A stretch of DNA of 64,000 bases from Octopus vulgaris (taxonomy: Eukaryota): the NCBI GenBank assembly GCA_951406725.2, contig OX597818.1, forward strand, positions 145,080,001-145,144,000, in the 5' to 3' direction. Positions within the stretch are counted from its first letter, which is position 1. Each line of letters opens with the position of its first letter. A model generated the notes under the pieces. The model saw only the letters and a program-made list of their open reading frames with translations. It was not told the origin of the DNA and did not search any database. The translations under genes were made by a program, and so were the position numbers. This document shows positions 1 through 12,348 of the stretch, piece after piece.

Positions 1-1622
1 ATGACAAACAGCTGGAAACACTATTAAAGACAGTTCATGGATTTACCAAAGAAATATATATGAAATTTGGATTAGAAAAATGCGCCAAAGTAACCATGAA
101 AAGAGGAAAACTAGTTAAGAGTAACAACATCACACTAGATGAAGCAAATGAAATAAAAGAATTAGACCAAAGCCAAACTTACAAATACTTAGGAATCCAT
201 GAACTAGATAAGACACAACACACACAAATGAAAGAGAAAATAAAAAAAGAATATTATAGACGAGTTAGATCAATACTAAACACAGAGCTCAATGCTAAAA
301 ACAAGATAATAGGTATCAACACTTTAGCTGTCCCAGTTATAAGTTACAGCTACAATATCCTTAACTGGACACGAAATGAACTGACCAAAATAGACAGGAA
401 AACAAGAAAAATAATGACAGGATCTAGGATGCATCACCCAAAATCTGACATAGAAAGACTATATATACAACGTATAGAAGGTGGTAGAGGCCTTATACAG
501 CTGGAAAACTACTATAAAATAACCACCATAGGACTGCAAAAATATCTACTTCAGAAGGAAGGAAAACTGATCCAGATAGCGGCAAAACACGAGCAAAACA
601 AAAAACTGTTCTCAGTATTTAAGGAAGCTGACAAATACAAACAAGAAATCATACCACCTAATAAACATGAAGAAGAAGAAGAAGATGAAGAAACAACAAA
701 AGCTATAAAAAAAATGAAATCCAAACTAAAAATAGAACAGCAAAGAACCATGATAAAACGATGGCAAGAAAAGCCCCTTCATGGTAAATACTGGACTAAA
801 CTAAACGCAAAAGAAATAGACAAAGAAAAATCCCAGCAATGGTTGAGAAGCTCAGGACTCAAAGCAGAAACAGAGGGATTTTTAATTGCAGCACAAGACC
901 AAAGCCTCCCCACCAGAAATTACCAAAAACATGTAATGAAAAGAAATATTACAAGTAACTGCAGAATATGTGGAGATGGACAAGAAACAATAAATCATAT
1001 TATCTCTAGCTGCCCAGTCCTGGCTAAGAAGGAATATATTCACAGACATGACAGAGTTGGAACTTACATACATTGGAAGCTATGCCAACATTATGGAATA
1101 ACAACAGAAAAAAGATGGTATAGGCACACACCAGAAAAGGTCACAGAAAACGAGAAAGCAACCATACTCTGGGATATGCCGATACACACAGATAGAGAAA
1201 TTAAGGCCAACAGACCAGATATAGTTGTCAGAGACCATGAAGAAAAAAATGCTTTCTAATTGATGTATCAGTACCGGCAGATGACAACGTGTCTCTAAAA
1301 GAAATGGAGAAACTCTCAAAATACAAAGACCTGGAAATAGAGGTAACTAGAATGTGGAATCTGAAAACAGAAACAATTCCTATCATAGTAGGTGCATTAG
1401 GCATGATAAAAAAATATTCAGACAAATACATAACAAAAACACCAGGACTTACAAACACATATAACATACAGAAAATTGCACTACTGGGCACTGCACACAT
1501 CCTACGCAGAACACTTTCCATACAATAACCATCAAAGCATCACAACAAATCACAGCACATACCCAAGGCACACAGGGCTGCGCTCGGTAGTGAAGTGAAA
1601 GCACGCTATAAAAATAAAACTA

Positions 1623-1625
<3 letters not shown>
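1..1625 (+). mobile_element. R4/Dong-type RLE non-LTR retrotransposon, 3' part (5' part lies outside the window), with 3' UTR ending ...AAAAATAAAACTACTG before (AAT)n
   Basis: RT C-terminal motifs (MKFGLEKC, YKYLG, RLY..R..GGRGL), CCHC knuckle CRICG..ETINHIISSC..RHD, and RLE motifs RPD, IDVSVP and K..KY. The element ends in an (AAT)n tract, the known Dong target. Confidence 0.93.
3..1528 (+). pseudogene. RT/RLE ORF of the R4/Dong element, with one frameshift in an A7 run at 1243-1249
   Basis: The frame is open from nt 3 to 1259 and continues in another frame (CFLIDVSVPADDNVSLKEMEKLSKY...) to the stop at 1528. One extra A joins the two. Confidence 0.88.
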
Positions 1626-1659
<34 letters not shown>

Positions 1660-1670
1660 CCAATAACAAC

Positions 1671-1762
<92 letters not shown>

Positions 1763-1763
1763 A

Positions 1764-1819
<56 letters not shown>

Positions 1820-1829
1820 TAAAACTACC

Positions 1830-1883
<54 letters not shown>

Positions 1884-1897
1884 TAAAAATAAAACTA

Positions 1898-1935
<38 letters not shown>

Positions 1936-1943
1936 TAAAACTA

Positions 1944-1980
<37 letters not shown>

Positions 1981-1991
1981 CCAATAACAAC

Positions 1992-2044
<53 letters not shown>

Positions 2045-2052
2045 TAAAACTA

Positions 2053-2090
<38 letters not shown>

Positions 2091-2098
2091 TAAAACTA

Positions 2099-2135
<37 letters not shown>

Positions 2136-2146
2136 CCAATAACAAC

Positions 2147-2199
<53 letters not shown>

Positions 2200-2207
2200 T
2201 AAAACTA

Positions 2208-2244
<37 letters not shown>

Positions 2245-2255
2245 CCAATAACAAC

Positions 2256-2308
<53 letters not shown>

Positions 2309-2317
2309 TAAAACTAA

Positions 2318-2355
<38 letters not shown>

Positions 2356-2363
2356 TAAAACTA

Positions 2364-2452
<89 letters not shown>

Positions 2453-2475
2453 GAAGAAGAAGAAGAAGAAGAAGC
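1626..2475 (+). repeat. (AAT)n array with interspersed copies of the R4 element 3' terminus, ending in (AAG)n
   Basis: AAAAATAAAACTACTG (or a variant) recurs near 1815, 1885, 1931, 2040, 2086, 2195, 2304 and 2351. AACACCAATAACAAC occurs 4 times. Confidence 0.95.
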
Positions 2476-2625
2476 AGTAGCAGCAGTAATAACGATTGAC
2501 AGATGAAAATATGTAGAGAAAGAGTCGTTATTCTGCCTAAGGTCAGAAAAGGCTGCATGGGAGACAACTTGTACTTATATAATGTAATCACATGTAATGT
2601 TATATACATATATTTATATAAATCC

Positions 2626-2682
<57 letters not shown>

Positions 2683-2815
2683 GTAGCTATGATTGTATTT
2701 GTTGGAACAAAATAACCTTGAACTTAGGAAAAAATTCAGTCCGGTGTTGAGCATTCATTCACATTGTTCAATATTAACGCACACACACATACACACACAC
2801 ACACATATATATATG

Positions 2816-3065
2816 AAGGCGCGTAGCTTAGTGGTTAGGGTATTTGGCTAACGATCATAAGGTTGTAAGTTCAATTCCCGGCGACGCGTTGTGCCCTTGA
2901 GCAAGACACTTTATTTCAGTGCACTCAGCTGGCAAAAATGAGTGACCTCGTCACATTCTGTATTACGCTGAATCTCTCTGAGAATTACATTAAGGATACA
3001 CGTGTGTGTGGAGTGCTCAGCCACTTGCACGTTAATTTAACTGTTCCACTGATCGTATCAGCTTG
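2816..3065 (+). mobile_element. tRNA-derived SINE with CORE-like segment
   Basis: A-box-like TAGCTTAGTGG, B-box-like GTTCAATTCC, then GTGCCCTTGAGCAAGACACTT. A related copy lies at 32441. Confidence 0.75.
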
Positions 3066-3105
3066 GAACCGCATTATCGTAACCGACGGAGCGCTCCTTT
3101 CCATT

Positions 3106-3176
<71 letters not shown>

Positions 3177-3313
3177 CGAGAAGAAAATGGATATAATAAG
3201 AATGGGAACCTTGTGGTTTTCGCTGGTATGTCTTTAATTAAATAGGTAACAAAGAAGGAAGAAGCAGAGATGAGAGTAGCATTTACGATCGTTTCGATTT
3301 ACTGGTTTAAGTA

Positions 3314-4593
3314 CGAGGGGCGTTCAATAAGTAATGCCCCTGACCCACTTCCCATAGCAGTAGAGCAACGACACTTGGCACAGTTATTAGTCTTTTCCTA
3401 CATACGAACTACCCAGAGTTATGCATTTCTCCCATCGTTTGATACCGCTCTGGAGACCGTTTTTGTAGAAGACGCCAGCTTGGTCCTCCAACCACGACGG
3501 GACTTCAGAAATCAAGGCTGCATCATCTGGGAAACGCTTTCCTTTCAAAAGCAACTTCATGGCTGGGAAGAGGTGAAAATCAGAGGGTGCAGGTCAGGAG
3601 ATGGGGGATGAGTTCATAGCCGCACGCCTGTGCTTCTGATCTGGCGACACGCGAGTTGTGGATCGGAGCGTTGTCCTGCAGGAGGATGATGCCTTTGCTG
3701 ATCTTGCCCCGCCTCTTGATTTTGATAGCTTCTCTTAATTTCCTCAAAAGTGAAGCATAATAGGCTCCTGTAATTGTGGTACCCTTTGCCAGGAAATCTG
3801 TCATCACTACTCCGTCCTGGTCCCAGAAGACTGTGAGCATAACATTGTCAGCGGAGGGCTGCACCCTTACCTTCTTTGGAGGAGGTGAGTCACGGTGCTT
3901 TCACTGCATTGACTGGGCTTTGATCTATGGATCATAGTGATGGACCCAGGTTTTATCCTGTGTAATAAGTCTTTTGAAAAATTTGACTCATCTTCTTGGC
4001 ACATCTCCAAATTCATCCTCGAGCACTCAACGCGTTCTTGCTTCTGGAAAGGTGTGAGCAACCTGGAAATCCATCTGGCAGACACCTTTTGGATATGCAA
4101 ATGGTCATGAATGATAGTTTCCACAGACCCCGTACTAATCTTGACCTCATGGGCTATTTAGCGAATAGTTATGCGTTGACCTTCTAAAATGGCAGCCTCA
4201 ACTTGACGGACAGACGTCTCATCAACGGCAGAAGGGGGCGACCAGATCTGGGAGCTGTTTCCACAGAGTTCCGACTATGTTTGAATTCACAATGCCAGCG
4301 TTTTACAAGATCATATGATGGGGCATCATCACCATAAGTTACTTTCATTTCATCAAAAGTCTCCCGTGGTGTGCGTCCTTTCAAATACAAAAACCAGATC
4401 ACTGCTCGACACTCAACAGGCTCCATTTCACACTTGACTCAGTTCAATCACCTGTAAATCAGAAACCACAATTAGTTCAGAGCTGTAATTCGCCACTTAA
4501 TCTATAGAGATATAAATATTTGTACATGCAAAATTTCAGCTAGATCAAACAACTGCAAGTGGGTCAGGGGCATTACTTATTGAACGCCCCTCG
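3314..4593 (-). mobile_element. Full-length mariner transposon (about 1.28 kb) with disrupted transposase
   Basis: TIR CGAGGGGCGTTCAATAAGTAATGCCCCTGACCCACTT at both ends and TA target duplication. Transposase fragments MEPVECRAVI..., WISRLL, MLTVFWD, LLQDNA, DLHPSDF. Frameshifts and stops present. Confidence 0.96.
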
Positions 4594-4792
4594 TAACACT
4601 CTTCAGAATGCGAATATAGATAGATGCATCGGTTAGGATGCGAAAATAATTGATACATATGTGATGGTAATGTAAACAAAGGTATTAAGCCTTACATTAC
4701 ACTTTTGTTCTTTACATTCAATTTTTGTTTACATTACCATCACATATGTATCAATTATTTTCGCATCCTAACCGATGCATCGATCAATATTC

Positions 4793-4843
4793 GCATTCTG
4801 AACAGATTTACTTAAACCAGTAAACTGAAACGATCGCAAATGC
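4793..4843 (+). ncRNA. Minimal type I hammerhead ribozyme motif (this arm mutated; two-arm consensus is canonical)
   Basis: GCATT CTGAACA GATTTACT taaacc AGTAAACT GAAA CGATCG CA AATGC. The opposite arm supplies CTGAAGA, AGTAAATC and the GUA cleavage triplet. Confidence 0.75.
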
Positions 4844-4888
4844 TACCCCCATCTCTGATTCTTCCTTCGTTGTTATCTAATTAACTCT

Positions 4889-4928
<40 letters not shown>

Positions 4929-4929
4929 T

Positions 4930-5140
4930 TTTATTCTTTTACTTGGTTCAGTCATTTGTCGAACCACAAAGTTACTGGGAAGTAAACACACCAACATCGG
5001 TTGTCAAGCGATGGTGGGAGAAGAAGCACAAACACACAAAACATAATACACACGTACACACACACACACACACACATATACTTACACGACAAGCTTCTTT
5101 CAGTTTCCGTCTACCAAGCCCGAGGCTGTAGTAGAAGACA
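4930..5140 (-). mobile_element. Internally deleted copy of the SINE at 5160-5566
   Basis: Shares GTAAACACACCAACATCGGTTGTCAAGC and CTTCTTTCAGTTTCCGTCTACCAA blocks. Confidence 0.75.
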
Positions 5141-5159
5141 GGGTTTTATATATATATTA

Positions 5160-5564
5160 CTCTTTACTCTTTTTACTCTTTTATTTGTTTCAGTCATTTG
5201 ACTGCGGCGATGCTGGAGCACCGCCTTTAGTCGATCAAATCGACCCCGGGACTTATTATTTGTAAGCCCAGTACTTATTCTATCGGTCTCTTTTGCCGAA
5301 CCGCTAAGTGACGGGGACGTAAACACACCAGCATCGGTTGTCAAGCAATGCTAGGGGGATAAACACAGACACACAAACACACACATATATATATACATAT
5401 ATACGACAGGCTTCTTTCAGTTTCCGTCTACCAAATCCACTCACAAGGCATTGGTCAGCCCGGGGCTATAGCAGAAGACACTTCCCCAAGATGCCACGCA
5501 GTGGGACTGAACCCGCAACCGTGTGGTTGGTTAGCAAGCTACTTACCACACAGCCACTCCTGCG

Positions 5565-5566
<2 letters not shown>
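5160..5566 (-). mobile_element. Full-length tRNA-derived SINE with CR1-like 3' tail
   Basis: Minus-strand head GGCGCAGGAGTGGCTGTGTGGTAAG...GGTTCAGTCCC and tail GGCGGTGCTCCAGCATCGCCGCAGTCAAATGACTGAAAC. Related copies at about 24365, 43330 and 47495. Confidence 0.85.
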
Positions 5567-5606
<40 letters not shown>

Positions 5607-6925
5607 ATAATTTTATAATAATTTTCCAATCAATGCATAAATAAATGTTTCTAATTTAGGTAATTTTGGGAGCAGATAACCATCACATCAGTAATTGAAT
5701 GCTCCTTTATTTTAACGACTTTGGAGAGGTGAAAAGCAGAGCTGATCTCTGTAGGACAGCTTTGATAACGTAAACAGCCAAAATAGATACGGCTCAGAAT
5801 TCTGCTAATATGCCACCGGGTAAAATAAATAAATGATAACTTGATGAAATACCATCGGAAGCACTGAAAAATGCCCTGAATATATTTTGTCTGCACTGAG
5901 TGATTTGAAGCCGTAGTCGATAATTCAGTTTCTATAGCGCTCTCATGTTGACTTGTGTTGGATGCAATTTTAATTCTGCAATGATTGAGGATCATCCATT
6001 AATGGCGATTTTAGCTGAAAGCCGTGCACGTCTAAAACATGAATCCGCAGAGGTTTGCCATACTTTTTTCCTTCTCATTAAGAATGAACTAATAAGATGC
6101 TTAAACTTAATTTAAGCGTCTCTTTACTAAATCACCCCAATGACCTTCAACAAAAGTGTTAGTATTAGCAAGAAATCATTTAAGATCGCCAGTTTTTATT
6201 ATCTTCACAACGCACCTCAGTTCATTTTTGCTCTCCTTTCTTTGTTCGTCCATCTCTTCCTATAAATCTGTTATTTCTTCACCAAAAGACCTTTTTCTCC
6301 GCTCATTAACAATCGTCCGTAACCGCGTCCGATGTTGGCAACTCTGAAACTTCTTGGAAGACTGCATTTTGGTAGTTTTTTGTGACATTTTCCCATACGA
6401 TATTAATAAAATGCTAAAATGACTACCAAAAGTTTTTTTAAAGCTATATCAAGGTTTTCGTTTTGTTACTTCACTAGTTAATGTACATTAATCTTTAGGG
6501 TATGAAACATATAATGTCAAACCAAAAGATAAATTTGGAATGATTATGAATAGCATATAAACAAAATATAAAAAAGCTAACGTTTGCAAATGGTTCTCTT
6601 AGCTTTGCACTGACCAGGGAAAATGGCACCGGTGAAGCAGTGGTGAAAATAGGAATAAACAGGGAAAATTTCAAACCAAAGTAAAATGAGGGCAACCTGT
6701 AAGTTTACTCCATCATGTTCTCCAGAGAAACATCAGACAAGTCTTCACTGCTTTTTAAACAACAAATTATGAAAAATAGAATAGATTAACTTTCTTGCAT
6801 GTCCTAAAATCAGATTCATTAAATAAAACAAAATTACTGGCAAAAGACGAAGGAATTTTGGAGAAGGGATTTATTTAACCTTACATGGTATAACTGACTT
6901 ACATTTTGGATAACTAATAAAATGG

Positions 6926-6973
<48 letters not shown>

Positions 6974-7929
6974 AAACACACACACACACACACGCACACA
7001 CACACATACACATAAGTGTGTGTGTGTGTATTTTTTGTCGTACATGTAGTTACTTCTGTATGAGCGCTTCATGTTTGTGCCAACGAATTTGAGCACACCG
7101 ATCTTCAGCTGACCCCTGAAGTTTCTCTAAGGTTTTTATATGAGTAAAATTCAGCGTTTATTTGATGTGGAATAAATATGTTGAAAGATCATAGATTCCT
7201 TCAATATGTCACATAGATTGTTGCAGTTCGGTTGGGTGTAAAGATTGGGAGACCATGAATAGATAATTCATATCTAAGTGTATCTAAGGTTATTTCCCGA
7301 GTTATACTCTTAACAGTCATTCTCGTGGTCTTTATGATTTTGTAGCAGTTTCTGGTTTATACATGTGTTCGCCCAGGTTCCGTACTCGGTCATCTATTTA
7401 CTGTTACATCGCTTGAAGTTCATAAGAGATACTGACTTATGCACTGACATGAGCGTACATAGTGTTATGGGATTAAAAGTACCTTCTGGTGAAGAGTCGT
7501 TTATAGTATAAGCCTGGTCAGGTTTTTAATTCCTATGAACAACTGTACACCATGTTATGTTGCTTAAAGTTCATGACAGTTTGATTTAAGGTGATTTAAC
7601 AACAGGTCGGGCGACCATATTGAGGTTCCTTCGTCAGTTCGCAAAGGTTTTTGGGCTTATATGTTTTGTGCGGAAAGGAGAGAATGGAGACGTTTCTGAA
7701 ATGTTGTAAAGAAACGGTTCTTTCCATTTCTTTTTAATAATTTGAAATATTTAAAAAGCTATCATAAGTATCGTAATATGAAGTCACAAATTCAAATGAA
7801 CCTAAGGACATATTTAAAGAATTATAATTGTGCTTCATATAATAGATGAAACAACCATTTCTTTTCTTTTGTATCAGAAATTGATACTAGAACATGTGTA
7901 CGCGTGTGTCCAGTGAGATACTAGGTTCT

Positions 7930-8480
7930 ACTAATTATTCAAGAGTAAAATGGAGTCTGCTTCTGCATTAAGGGCTGTTGTAGAACAATCCAGTCCCATC
8001 TACATTAAAGACATTATAAACGGTCATCAACTCCTTCTTTTATTCTTCTGAAACTACGCAGGATAACTTCTACAGAAGATGAGCGGGATACTGGCTGTTA
8101 AAACATTCATAATATTCTTCACAGCATTAGTGACGTCATTAAAATGAAATGGCTGAAGTAAAATCTAAAGTGGAAACAATTCGATGTGAGAAATTGCTAC
8201 GTTGTTGTTTGATGTCCAAAAACAGCAGTTAAATCGTATACTCTACCATTTACAGAAAAGAGTACACTATATAATGTGGCTCTAAGTATACCATCTCTGA
8301 TGCAAAAGAAAAAAAGTAACGAACAACTGGATGTTTCCAACTGGTGTGCCCGAAAGGGCTTATCTGGGGTTGAACAATAATCAAATTGAAAATTGAGCCT
8401 ATTCTGAGTTCACTATGATTCTCCTTTACTCGCATGAACTTCAATTTTTCCATTGTGTCCATTTTATTGCAATATTACCG
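7930..8480 (-). pseudogene. pogo/Tigger-like transposase remnant
   Basis: HTH-psq-like EKLKFMR..ENHSELRIGSIFNL, and YNVFNVDGTGLFY resembling the IFNADETGLFW motif of DDE_1 transposases. Heavily decayed. Confidence 0.65.
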
Positions 8481-9783
8481 ATATCATTAAGACGAGTTTA
8501 TGGAAGATCATTTGTATCTAAAGTAGACTGAAGTAATTTGTCTGTACCGAAGTCCTCCTGTCACCAAGTCTATCTGTTTTAAGTCAATTTATGCCAATAT
8601 CACTGCTGCAAATATACTTACCACAATCTCATCCTCCTAGCAAGTCGTCCCATCACGTCATTAACTAATAAATCTACCCGTATGAAAAACTGTATCGTTA
8701 ATTGCCGACGTTGGTTTTTAGCTCCACCAAATGAGCTATGATCGAATGAACATTCTAGAAAGGTATTCCAGCAGTGAGCATTCCATAACGTTTTAAAGGC
8801 ATAGTGTATCTAGTTGTGACTCCAACTGGTTCAATCGCAGATGATGGCACAATCCATTCCTATGGACCGAGACCATAGGAAGGCTTACATTATCCAATGT
8901 GTATTTCTCTTTTCTTTGTTAAGTTGTTAGGGTGTGATATGATTGTGATGGATGGTTTTCCTAGCAAGTCCAGCGATTGTGCACACGCTTTCTACTTGCT
9001 TTCGTGTAAATAATTTATTTATTGATGTGTCATCCACCTTATAAGGTGTCACCCACGTCTTTGAAACGAAATCTGCTCGAGTCAAAATTTGCTAAGCTAA
9101 TTGCTTTGTTGCTAATATATTTCACTCACGTTATCCTTACCGGAAACATCCTCTTTACTACCATACGAAATAGGTGCTGTATCAAGAATAACATGGAGTG
9201 GGGTACAATGTTTCTACCCACTATTTCTTCGAATCTAGGTGCGATAAAGCCGGAAGTGAAGACAAAGATAAATCGCAGGACGTATTACAGGAATTATCGA
9301 TCAAACTCTGTGTGAGATATTTCGTTTGACAGGAAGAAAAGGAAGGAAAATAAATATATTTTAGATCTTATAAGACTAAATTAAATTTCAAACAGATAAT
9401 TGGCAGAGAGATAAATGGAAACGATAAATATAGAGATAAATGGACATAATTATAGATAGAGAGGTAGACAGGTTAGCGGAAAGGTAAATAAATAGATAGG
9501 AAACAGATAAGCTGGAAGAGTAAATAAATAGAAAGGTTGAAGCAAATAGATAAATAGATGATGAGACAGACTAAAAGATAAATAGAAATAAGGATTAATT
9601 TAGGGATAAGAACAGGGGACCCCACGATATGTTGATTGATTGACGGCTGAAGATTGGGTGACAAGCCATAATATTAAAAAAAAAGAAGGAAAGCAAGTAT
9701 AAAAACTAAAGGTAAAAGAACTGAATCAAGGAAGGTGGGTATATACGCGTAAAAGAGATGTATATATATAACAACACACACAC

Positions 9784-9814
<31 letters not shown>

Positions 9815-9972
9815 AGGGAAGGAAGGAAGGAAAGAAAGAAGGAAAGAATAAATAAATTCATATTTCTGTGTGATACAAAGTGATGTGGAATTTCGTGGGA
9901 ATTACAAAGGGGTGAACTCAGAATTTGATGGAAAGAAAGGATAAGTGTGTGTGTGTGTGTATTTGTGCGTGT

Positions 9973-10017
<45 letters not shown>

Positions 10018-10093
10018 TATAAAATGATGGAGAGACAGAAAGATAAGATAGAAGCAATAAAGTATGAGAGCGGAGTCAGGGAAAATAATGAGA

Positions 10094-10228
10094 GAGAATA
10101 AGAATAAGAATAAGAATAAGAATAAGAATAAGAATAAGAATAAGAATAAGAATAAGAATAAGAATAAGAATAAGAATAAGAATAAGAATAAGAATAAGAA
10201 TAAGAATAAGAATAAGAATAAGAATAAG
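10094..10228 (+). repeat. (AGAATA)n hexanucleotide microsatellite
   Basis: Perfect tandem hexamers. Confidence 0.97.
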
Positions 10229-10332
10229 AGTGATCGAAGATGAGAATGAAATATGAGAAGAAAATGGAGTAAGACTTGAAAGGAAGACATATAAAGCATT
10301 ACTGAAAGCAGAAATAAAACCCATTGTTTTTG

Positions 10333-10384
<52 letters not shown>

Positions 10385-10411
10385 GTGTGTGCGTGTGCGT
10401 GTGCGAGCCTG

Positions 10412-10452
<41 letters not shown>

Positions 10453-10569
10453 ATATATATATATATAGATATATACATACACATATATATAATATAAATA
10501 ACATATATATATATATATATTCTGTATATACATACATATACGTATATACACTCATAACACACACACATA

Positions 10570-11740
10570 TATCTTCGGGATGTCTCGAAAATTTATACAC
10601 ATTTTAATAGCTGACAACTGACTTAATTTTCATTTCTGTTTTAGATTTAACCCATTAGAATAATGAAAGATGATTACCTAAACTTGAACAAAGTTAAATT
10701 TGTCATAAAGCACTGCCAAGAGTTCTTAAAGTGCTGCCGTCGAAGCGGAAATTTCGTTTAGGAGGGAGTTTCAAACAGATTCACCTACACGAATTACCAT
10801 CACTCAAATTAGGGATAAGTTTAAATTAGATGGAACTGTTCAGAATGTCCACAAGATGGTGGACATGGACGAGCCCCGCAATGCAAGAGATTGCATAAGA
10901 AACGTCTTGCGGTTCAAACAAATCCGAGTGAAGAGCGACTCACGGGTTAGGAATTTGAAAATCAAGTGTTTATCGCATTTCAAAGCGATATCATTGGAAA
11001 AGTTACGTTTCAAGGATAGTCAATGAGCTCAATGAGGATGATATGGAAAGAAGAGGGGATTTTTGCATGTAGCTCTTGGCAAAATGTGTAGATTACACTT
11101 CTCAATAAAGATCGTTTGCTGAGAAGAGATAACATTTGGATTAAATGGCTCTCAGGACTCTAGGCTCTCAAATCTCCAGTAGCAATCGTGGCGGCTGATT
11201 GTAAACGCCAGAACTGCTACAGGAGACGTGACAATCTGCATATTACGTAGGAACAACATGTTAATTTATTAGGAATTACAGTATATCGCGGTTTACTATT
11301 AAAAAGATTAATTGTACTCATTTTTTTGGTAGAACTGTACGTGCTGCGACACAGTGTCATGCCAAGCATTGTAGAGAATTATGGCGATGTGGATTGTTAT
11401 TTCAAGCAAAACTGGCCACATCACTACACTACCATAGCAAAGTAGGGGCATATATGAGATTTCGATGAGATTGTGCCAAACAGGTGGTTTGGATAAAGAG
11501 ATTCAATAGCGTATCCTTTGTGTTCACGGACCTCACAACATAGACTTTATTTTAAAAAATAAGTTTTTCGGTACAAAACCGGCAACAGTCGACAAATGGA
11601 AGGCAGTCATTGAATGAGAATGTGCACAAATGTTTCTTGATGTTTGTAATTCAATTGCTTCGAGTTATCACTTTGTACACATCAGTTCGTAAAAATATGA
11701 AATCTGCAGATTCTATTAAACTTTGAAAATGATATGTATA
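10570..11740 (+). mobile_element. Decayed Tc1/mariner-family DNA transposon
   Basis: Fragments FQTDSPTRITITQIRDKFKLDGTVQNVH (HTH region), and a degenerate WPPRSPDL..DF-like stretch near 11510-11550. Confidence 0.65.
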
Positions 11741-11816
11741 TTAATAAACATTGTTGTTTTGTCATTCAAAATGTGTATATATTTTTGGGAGAGCTTGTAC
11801 ACACACACACGCACGT

Positions 11817-11849
<33 letters not shown>

Positions 11850-11947
11850 CACGCACTCATTAACGTTTGTTTTATGTTATTAAAAAAAGAAAGATTACTC
11901 AATATTTTTTGCAGAGTTGATATTTATTATTCTTTAACAACAATAAT

Positions 11948-12348
11948 ATTCTTTTCTACTCTAGGTACAAGGCCCGAAATTTTTGGGGAGGGGGCTAGTC
12001 AATTGGATCAACTCCAGTACGCAACTGGTACTTGATTTATCGACCCCGAAAGGATGAAAGGCAAAGTCGACCTCGGCGGAATTTGAACTCAGAACTTAAA
12101 GACAGACGAAATACCTATTTCTTTACTACCCACAAGGGGCTAAACAGAGGAGACAAACAAAGACAGACAGACGGATTAAGTCGATTACATCGACCCCAGT
12201 GTGTAAATGGTACTTAATTTATCGACCTCGAAAGGATGAAAGGCAAAGTCGACCTCGGCGGAAATTGAACTCGGAACGTAACGGCAGACGAAATACCGCT
12301 AAGCATTTCTCCCGGCGTGCAAATGTTTCTGCCAACTCGCTGTCTTAT
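11948..12348 (-). mobile_element. Composite (dimeric) tRNA-derived SINE with two Nin/Deu-like domains and two different tails
   Basis: Two GCCTTTCATCCTTTCG(G/A)GGTCGATAAAT blocks. Head GCGAGTTGGCAGAAAC...; the second unit begins at GGTATTTCGTCTG. Confidence 0.85.

Larger units (their letters stand above)
3243..4879. repeat. Fold-back element (arms 3243-3313 plus 4596-4680, and 4724-4879) carrying a hammerhead motif, split by a mariner insertion
   Basis: The arms are reverse complements once the mariner is removed. Confidence 0.88.

Noticed and set aside
1609-2450. CRISPR-like repeat/spacer appearance
   Set aside because: The spacers are (AAT)n, the repeat is a LINE terminus, the context is eukaryotic, and there are no cas genes.
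2816-2885. tRNA gene
   Set aside because: Box A/B are present but there is no cloverleaf, and it continues into a SINE body. The same applies to 5500-5566 and 32441-32510.
7048-7112. Minus-strand CTGAAGA...GAAGCGCTC with possible GIY-YIG remnant upstream (7.1-7.7 kb)
   Set aside because: Stem I does not close and the protein similarity is too weak to call.
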